From assembly GCF_009914755.1 (NCBI RefSeq), contig NC_060939.1: a DNA stretch of 64,000 nt. One strand, written 5' to 3'. Source of the stretch: the human T2T-CHM13v2.0 reference genome, Homo sapiens. The notes below the pieces were generated by a model that was not told the origin of the DNA, made no database searches, and saw only the letters and a program-made list of their open reading frames with translations. Each line of letters opens with the position of its first letter. The first letter of the stretch is position 1. This document shows positions 56,050 to 64,000 of this stretch, piece by piece. Both the position numbers and the translations under genes were made by a program.

Positions 56050-59000
56050 TTTACTCAAAAAAATTTTATGTACCTTTTTTTTCAACTCCTTTCAGAAAAC
56101 AATCTTGCATGTGTTGGTTGTTTGATATTGTCCCACAGGTCACTGAGTCTCTTTATTTTTTTCTTCTTTTCCTTCCTGTGCTTCAATTTAGTTTCTATTG
56201 CTGTGTCTTCATTTTTACTGATGTTTCCTTCTGCAGTATCAATTTACTATTAACCGTATTCAGAAAAATTTTATTTCAGATATTGTATTTTTATCTCTGG
56301 AAGTATTCTTATTGATTTATTATGATTATCACTATCTTGTCCTTTAGGAAATATTGATTACATTTATAATAGTTGATTTAAAATTATTCTCTTATAATTC
56401 CATTATCTCTGTCACTTCTGATTCTGCTTATTTTCTTCTGTTTTGAGGTAATATAGTGTTTCTTTGCTTGTCTAGTGAATTTTTATTAAATATATTATGA
56501 ATGTTATAATAACGGGTGTTAATTATTATTTTTCTCTAAGGAGGGCTTAAGTTTGTCTTGTTAGGCAATTAAGTTACTTGCAAATCATATTAATGTATTC
56601 AAAACTTATTTTTAAGCTTTGTTAGGGTTGTCCAAAGTAGCCCTAACTCTAGGGCTAATTAAGCGAAACTACCAACACATGATTCTCTAGGTTCTTTACC
56701 GACTTCCTTGAGGCTCAGTGGGGTTTCTCAGCTCTGGCTGGAAGGGATTTGAGTATCTCTTAACCTTGCTTAAACTCTAGGAGTTGTGCAGGTTACAGTT
56801 CCCGGAGTATTTTTCCTGAGCAGTTACTATTTGTGCAGCTTTGTGGAGTTTTGTTGTATCCATGCATAGTTAAGGGGGCCTTTATGCATATTTCTCTACA
56901 GAAATTGTTACTCTCCAATAATTTGCCCTGCAAATTCTGGCTGTCTCATCCTCCCACAAGTTCAATATTTGTCTTTTCAGCTTAGCAACATTTCTTTTGC
57001 ATTTCTTGGGATCTTCCTCCCTTTGCCATCTTCCAGAAATTGTCTATAGGCAGAAAGCAAGGGCAATAGTAGGCTTCACCTCTGTTTTCCTTTTCTCAGT
57101 GATCACAGTCCCACTCTGCCTGTTCTCTCAATGTCTGAAAGATTTGTTTTATGTATTTTGCCTAAGTTTCTAGTTATTTGTGCTAAGTAGGCTGGTTTTG
57201 TACCAGAAGCAGAAATCAACTAAAGATGAATTTTAGGGAAGAGTTCTGGAATATGCCTCATTGGCCAGAACTGAAGCTATCTATACCTACAAAGGAGACT
57301 GGAAATGCAGCTTCTTCTGGGAAAATAAAACAAAGGAGAGCAGATTTTGTGAAAGAGTGAGCATTATATACCATCATTGGATAGTTGTTAGCTCACTTAC
57401 CAGCGTAGCAACTTCTTGAGTGGAGGGTCAGAGCTTTCCTCATTTCAGTAGCCTATGAAGAGCCTGGTGCTCATGACGTTCTTAGGAAAAAAACATTGAA
57501 AAGAACATGATCCTGAGTACTGAACTCATAATTAGGCATGAAGAAAGGAGACAATGTATGGTGGGTGAAAGTGGCAGAGAGAGTTGGAGACAAGGTTGGA
57601 AATTATCTTGGAGCTCCAAATGCATTGGCTCATAGATTATTTTAAAACTCTGTTGAGGAATCCGGGACTACAGAGCCCTGTTGTTCCCCTCACCTCCAAT
57701 GTCCTTTTCCAGACACCCATGTCATGTGTTTTAAAGCTCAGATCATAGATCATAAGCGAGCTACTAGATGGAGCCTTCTCTGATGTCCTACTTGTGGCAC
57801 AGTTTTTCTACAGCATGGTTTCTGTCAAGTTTTCAAAGCATATAATGATTCATACTGCTGATTTCTACCCTCAAGAAAGTGGAATCTATTCGGAATTTCA
57901 AAATAAAAACAAAGTTGTCTTTTATTTCTGTTACTTTTTTACTTCCCTCACAATGCCTGCCACCGTGAACACAAAGCATATTAAATAAGATCACTGTTCC
58001 TTGACCTGGTGTCAAGCAGCTGTTTGGAAGTTGTTTGTGTGTCAGTTGAGACATAATAATAGAATAAGCATCCTGACATCACTTGCCCTCTGACCACCAG
58101 TAGTGATAGGGCTTGCTTTACTCAAGGAGGAAGTCCTTAACAACTCGATCTACCCAGGCAAACACAACAATCATTCAGCTTTTTGTTTCATTTTTTCCTT
58201 AACCTATCACCATGAAACAAAATGTAAGTATTGCCTATCTCTTCTATTTAAATAAGGGCTGAGATTTTTGTTCTGTGTCTTCACTGCTATATTCCTAGCA
58301 CATCAACATTTGCCAAGGGAAAGAACGGGAGATGGAAACAAAGGAAGTTAAATGAGCGGAACACCAAGGAAGAAACTGAGATGGGGTCTGAAAGTGTGGT
58401 GGGACATTGGCTACCCTTGAAATTGCGAAGGGTCTTATACTTGATAATGACAGGATTTGGGAAGCTCTCTTAGGGCCATGTAAAAGAAAGGGCTAAATAT
58501 AAAAGGGTGAGTGAAGGGGAGTTTTTCCTCTATTCCACTTGTACAATTCAGCCAATTCATACTCTGAGATTGTAGGAGAATCTTTCACTAGTCAAAATAG
58601 AAAATGACCAAATCACAGAAAATATTACGAAGACAAGAATGAATTTGTAATTAAAAATTAAAACAAGAAAACAGAAATGCCAGCTGTAATTTTTATGCAG
58701 TTTCCAATCAATGCATGTCCTTGTCTTTTATACATAAAGTGAATTTCTAGTTGCCACGAGTCCTATAAAAACAATACCTTTAACAACCAGTTCCTGCCCC
58801 TGTTTTTTCCTGTCTTCTGATTTGAAAATGGGTGTTTTATTTTCTTCTTTTCACATTTAGTCTGGGATCCCTTCTTCATTCCTTGGCTTTTTATTTTTCT
58901 CCAAGGGGCTTATTATTGCAAAGTTAAGAAGCCATAAGCAAGGGGAGTTTGTGAGGCCAACTGTAGCAGAGGCACAGCTCTCATCTTACCATCGTAACCA

Positions 59001-60689
59001 CTCTGAATTGCTGGGTGGCACCAGAAAGCTCACTGGCACCTTGGCATATGGCAGGGAGAACCTGGTAATTTGGGTAGATTAAAAGTGGGTATGGAATTGC
59101 CATTAAGCTATCATCCAGGTCTTGTGTGTGTGTCTGTGGTGTGAAGGGGGCAGGAAAGGGGAAGGAAATAAGAGAAAGGGAGAGAAGAGGATAGGAGAGT
59201 ATTAAACAAATCCTAGACTCTGCTACCTTCATGTTTTGATTATGAATGTGTAGAGGTCAGTGCTTCAACTCTATGGACTTTATCTTTCCACAGATCTCAA
59301 TATTTTGTTAATAGCTCTTTTGCTGGAGTCCGCCAAGCTGACTGTTTAACTGGCTTTGCCTACCCTATTTCTTTATCTAAGGAATACTCCATCAGAAATG
59401 CTGAGATTCACATTCCACAATATGTGCTGCTTTTAAATAACCATATGCAAGTAAAATAATAGGCAAAAGAGAAATGAAGACTGGGGTCAGGAAGGTTTCT
59501 CCCAACACTATCCTCAGATTTAGGTTCATATCAGGTACCAAATCTTGCAGCCAGATCTCAGGACAAGTGAACTCATTTACCCATCCGAATGTCGCCTGTG
59601 AATTCAAAAGCTAGAATTTATAGAGTCTAGTGAGCTGAAAATTATAGGGCACTTTGCTACATAGGAAGCCTAGTTTCATATTTATTTTGAGATTTGGGAT
59701 TTCAAGTTTAGTTAAGAATGAAAGATTCTTTACAAGGACCTAGTGATTTGTTCTTCTCAAGCCCTTGATAACAAACTTTTGGTTGCTAAACCCACCAATC
59801 TTTTAAGACTTAGATGTAGAAACCCATGAACCAGGCAGATGGGGTGTTAGCAACAACATCCATTCACCCAGCTCCTCCCAAGAAGTAGAGGCAGGAATAT
59901 CTCCTCTTTGCAAGGCATACATCCACTCCCAAAGCAAAGAACCCTAGATTGCATAAAGCTCCAACTCAATGGCCCTCCTTTTACCTGCCTCATCTCTCTG
60001 GGATAGGGCAGAGAAGGAGCACTCTTTCCTTGTCCCTTCTGACCTTAGCTATGGAACCTCTGCTGTCTTTTCCTGACATTCTCCTTCTTCTATCTGTATG
60101 CCTTACTGCATTTTTGCACTGCAGTTCAGTGGCTCCATTGTGCCCGCAATAACACATCCACTTCTTTCAATCGCTTGTCTTGCACTGGAAAAGAGGAAAA
60201 GGTTCCATCTAATCTGGGCTAGGTTATAAAAACATTTTAGCACTAAAAATAAATTATCTAAATGTGTTGGGATACATTCCACCTCGTAGTTAAATACTAA
60301 GGATGGCATGATGTGGATGTAAAATGTGCATGGTCAGGGAGGTTAAGAAAATAACCTCAAAGGACAGGGCCACAGGAAAGAGGAAGGTGATGGTTACCAT
60401 AAATGGGTCTGTGGCTCTGTGTGACACCTGCTGTGCTATGCCATCAATGTGCAGCTCCACGACAAATGAGATCCTTCAGCCAGGCTTGTGTAAAGCATGC
60501 TCTCTGGATACAACAGGACATGTCACTTGTAATAACAAACCCAAGCCTCAGTATCCATCCACATTTGCAAAATGAAAATGACTATCCTTTTCTTTCTCCT
60601 CTTCCTCTGCTGCTCTTCTGCTTTTTGTTAGAGCTATTTCTGCACTGTTTGCTTCATGGGTTACTGAACAGATCAAGAACTGATAGTGA

Positions 60690-60840
60690 TGATAATAGTG
60701 GCAACAGCTGTCATTTATTATGTGCCTTCCATGTGCTAGATACTAATATTTCCACTTCAATCCTCAAACAACCTTAGGATAAGAGATCATCATTTTCTCC
60801 ATTTTTGCATAAGGAAACTGAGAATGAGAAAGGTTAAGAA
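60690..60840 (-). mobile_element. MIR fragment
   Basis: aatcctcaaacaacc...tccatttttgcataaggaaactgagaatgagaaaggttaag. Confidence 0.75.
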
Positions 60841-61269
60841 ACAACCAAGGAAATAAAGCTAGCAGTGGTGAGCATCTCTGAAGGCCCTTCCTTCTCTAAA
60901 TTACATTGTCTTTTAATCTGTAAAGCATAGTAGGTTTGGTAATGGTTACTGAAGACTTTTGCAACTATCATCCTGCAGTTGTAAATTCTCTTCGATGTTC
61001 TAAGAAATATGTGCCAGAATATTTGGCAAAAGGCACCTAACATGTTAGAGGTGTAACACCTCCTATGACAGGACAATGGGTGCCTTTGACAGGGATCTGT
61101 GGATTTCTTCTTTTGGCTCACTTGACTTCCAAATTTGCAGTGGGATTGAAGGAGAAAAGAGGGTCCTGAATAATAATTGTCAATTGTCCTACACTAACAC
61201 TTTCTAGTCATGCCATCTCTCTGATGGAAACTGTTTTGCTCAAATAGTATTATATAAAGTTTATATACA

Positions 61270-61410
61270 TATAGCACTTCAAAGTTCACAAAGGTATTTC
61301 ATATAAATGTCTCCATTTAAAAATCTATCCAATTTGTAAGATAAGTATTCTTCCCATTCTACAAATGAGAAAACTAATTTGTTCTAGGGCAATAAGTTGT
61401 ATCCCAAAAG
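61270..61410 (-). mobile_element. MIR fragment
   Basis: agcacttcaaagttcacaaag...cccattctacaaatgagaaaacta. Confidence 0.6.
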
Positions 61411-61449
61411 TCTGTAAATGTTTCCCAATTAGAAAGATCTCCCGTAATT

Positions 61450-61556
61450 AGGGTGGCTCATTATTATAATTAGGGTGCCCCAGTTTGGCTGGTTCTACCT
61501 AAGCAATTCACTCTCAAAAGTGTCCTAGTTTGAGGGATAAATGATATGGTCAGCCT
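61450..61556 (-). mobile_element. MER94-like hAT-Blackjack relic
   Basis: ttcactctcaaaagtgtcctagtttgagggataaatgatatggtcagcct. Confidence 0.6.
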
Positions 61557-61748
61557 GCCCAAAAGCACAGAATTAAATGCAGAATTTCACTTGTAACATG
61601 AGGAGTGACACATTGGGCCATCAGGGACACAGCTGTGCCTGTCTTGCATAAGAGTGATTCCTTAAGTAAGGTACTTATTTGGGGCATCAATACATTTTTT
61701 TTCACTCTCTCCACTTGGATAAGTGAAAGCTTCTCTCTTGTTCAACCA

Positions 61749-61925
61749 CAGTGTTTGATCCCAAGCGCATTAGAATCACCTGGTGAGCCTTGTAAACTCA
61801 GATTTCTTCTGTCCCATCTAGGGTCAATTAAACTAGAATTTCTGAGGGTGGATGGTAGGAATGATATTTTTCAAAAGCTCTCCAGACAGAGCTTTTGACA
61901 TTCCAGCCAGAAGTGATGACTGGCT
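61749..61925. mobile_element. MER5-like hAT relic
   Basis: gcattagaatcacctggtgagcctt...agaatttctgagggtgg...tttttcaaaagctctccag. Confidence 0.6.
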
Positions 61926-64000
61926 GCTTATAAATAAACACTAGGTGATAATGGTGCAGTATATTAGACCCATGGAAAGGGCATTGCAAAGGAGAGATCA
62001 TATTTGGTGTGGGGAATGTTGCCAAGGAAGCTGATATATTTTGAGATGGCTCACGGACAGTATGATGGCTCCACAGAGTGGAGGGGTAATATATTGGTGG
62101 CTGCCTGCTCTAAATTTTGAAACTCCTGTGTTTATCTTGACTTAATGAAGTGTGCTATTGTTTAAAATATTCTGTGTTCTATGGAAGCGATATTGAGTCT
62201 GGTCTCCCATTCCAATATTTTTGTTCTCTGTAACTTTATTTGGATCTGTTGCAACTTCTTGCTCTGTGTGTGTATGTGCCTGTGTGCATGTTGCGTCAGG
62301 GAGTTACAATGAGGGTATACTTAGAATTGTTGGCTAAAAAGGTTGTGTATAAAAATAAAGGTTGTGTATCTGTGAGCATCATGTTTTCTAAGAGATAAAA
62401 CCCTTTATTGTGTTACTTTTTCAGAATATGCTTTCTGAGAAAGTAGAAAAGAAGTATCTCATTTTGCAGAGAAAGACCTGGACTCACAGAAATGTGAGGT
62501 GGTCAGCTGAGCGCCATGCCATGAATCAATACAGCCCCTGAATTAGTGGTGAAGATTTCTAATCATTGATATAATGCTCTGTGAAAATACAGGCATGGTG
62601 AAAAAGAAGTTTCACTGTTTTTCCAATTTATGAAAGTGCTTTTAGAGTATCATTAAATCTACTTTATGGTTATTTATTGCAATACATGTTTATTTTCCTT
62701 TGAAATGCACTTAATCATACCCTAATCTCCTTGCTATAATTTTTCCATGGAAAGAAAATAACGTTTCAGTTAATGTAATTTCAATATGCTGGGATCTCAG
62801 TCTCCTGTTTCAGGTGCCTCGGGATGCAGGAGACCAGGCCAGGGACTTGTTCCTTCCTGGGTACAGATCACCACAGTTTAGAATTGTCAAATTCTTTGCT
62901 GAAAACTCCAAGTAACTTAAATTCTTTCCCTTAGGTTTTTTTTTTTTTTCTGGGCAAATGCTTTTTAGTCAATCCTAGGATTCTATTCTAAGAGGTCGTT
63001 TCTCAAGTTTCCTTAAGCTGTAACCCTCTCCAAACCCCAATTTTAACTCTAGTTCTTCAATCTCTCATCCCTCTTCCATGATGATTTGCCATCTTTTTCT
63101 CTGGGGAGAAGACACACATATAGAAATGAGCAAAGAGCTTTAAATACTAGCTGCCCAAGAGATGCTTAGCCTCCTGTTCCAGCCACTGGAGTTGAGGGGT
63201 GGAGGCACGTGATGTCACGGAAAGGGAATGCTCGCTAGTCTTCAAGCAGTCCCCTAAGGTAAGGCTGGAGGAAGGAGGTGGTGAAGAGGGCTCCTGAGTT
63301 CCTTCATTTGACGGCGCTGATCATACAGGTACAGGTGGAACAGTAAGCTCAGAGCCATTCCTTAGACCTAGAGACTGGCCTTTTCACCTATATAAAATAA
63401 TACTGTGTAATATTATTTCAAGTAGAGGTAGGAAAATAACCCTTAGGATTTAGTACCCTCGGCCTGGTGGGCGAGCAGAAATAAAAGTTAATTCCAAACA
63501 AAGACTTTAACTACCACAATTCTGCCCATGTTTCCCTCCAGGGATCTTTGATCTCAGGCTGAATGGAGGAAGAAGAGCTTTTCTAGTTGACGCCTGTCAC
63601 AGAGATCTGATGAAGTCAATGTAAATGAGTCCGCAGAAGCTTGATAGCCTATAGAAGTCCTTGAAAATCCCGAATGGCACGAGAAGGTTGAAAACTAGTC
63701 AAGATGCTGATATCTTCAAGAAGTTAAATATAACCTAAAAAAATTATTTGTCACAGAATAAGGTTGGTTTAAAAAATTGTAAAGGGGAGGAGAGTGGAGA
63801 TTCAAGCCTAGAGAGGAAGGCTGAATAAGAAGAAAGTAATTGTGAAGTCAACTGTAAAATATTTCCTGGGTCTCACCTGGTAAATCCACACGGGCTTCCT
63901 GAAAGAGGAAGGCTAGAGTTACTTTTGAGTTGCCTTTCAAATGATAAGCAGGGTCCTTGAGTAAACAGGAAATGAAAGACTCGAGAGAGTAGCTGAGGAA

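Larger units (their letters stand above)
51015..57225 (-). mobile_element. Old L1M: 3' end 51015-51170 (minus), ORF2 piece 51175-51680 (plus), ORF1/5' region 56050-57225 (minus); hosts the ERV
   Basis: Sense RT text atcaggaaacagtcaagggtg...ctcaccactt...tttgcagacatcatg; flanks agatgtatttt / agatgaatttt. Confidence 0.6.
50705..57362 (-). mobile_element. Old MLT1J/K-like LTR in two pieces (50705-51010 and 57235-57362)
   Basis: gtttatttttctctca...aagatggcagctagagctc; resumes with ctcattggccagaact...caaaggagactggaaatgcag. Confidence 0.5.

Overview
Primate nuclear DNA, almost certainly human (it carries an Alu with all five AluYa5 diagnostic positions). It is AT-rich and dominated by interspersed repeats, consistent with an intergenic or large-intron region. 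I recognise no host protein-coding exon, structural RNA gene, CRISPR array or prokaryote-type system; the ORF-track entries are chance ORFs or degraded retroelement ORFs. Main contents: (1) two near-full-length dead L1s, L1PA15/16-like on the minus strand (~16.4-23.1 kb) and L1PA10-12-like on the plus strand (38.4-46.1 kb); (2) a 5'-deleted HERV-K(HML-5)/HERVK22-like provirus with an LTR22-type 3' LTR; (3) an LTR14C-like solo LTR; (4) THE1/MLT LTRs; (5) six Alus; (6) L2, MIR and hAT relics. The best observations concern retrotransposition and rearrangement history: a nested L1PA3-like insert with 5' inversion plus 3' transduction, a 61-bp young L1 with a clean TSD, an AluYa5, a ~50-bp-arm fold-back hairpin, a GC-rich non-viral-looking segment replacing gag-CA/NC/pro, a templated internal duplication, and nested THE1 LTRs. 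I found no support for a new biological system. Subfamily names come from recalled consensus diagnostics and need RepeatMasker/Dfam confirmation; boundaries of old repeats are approximate.
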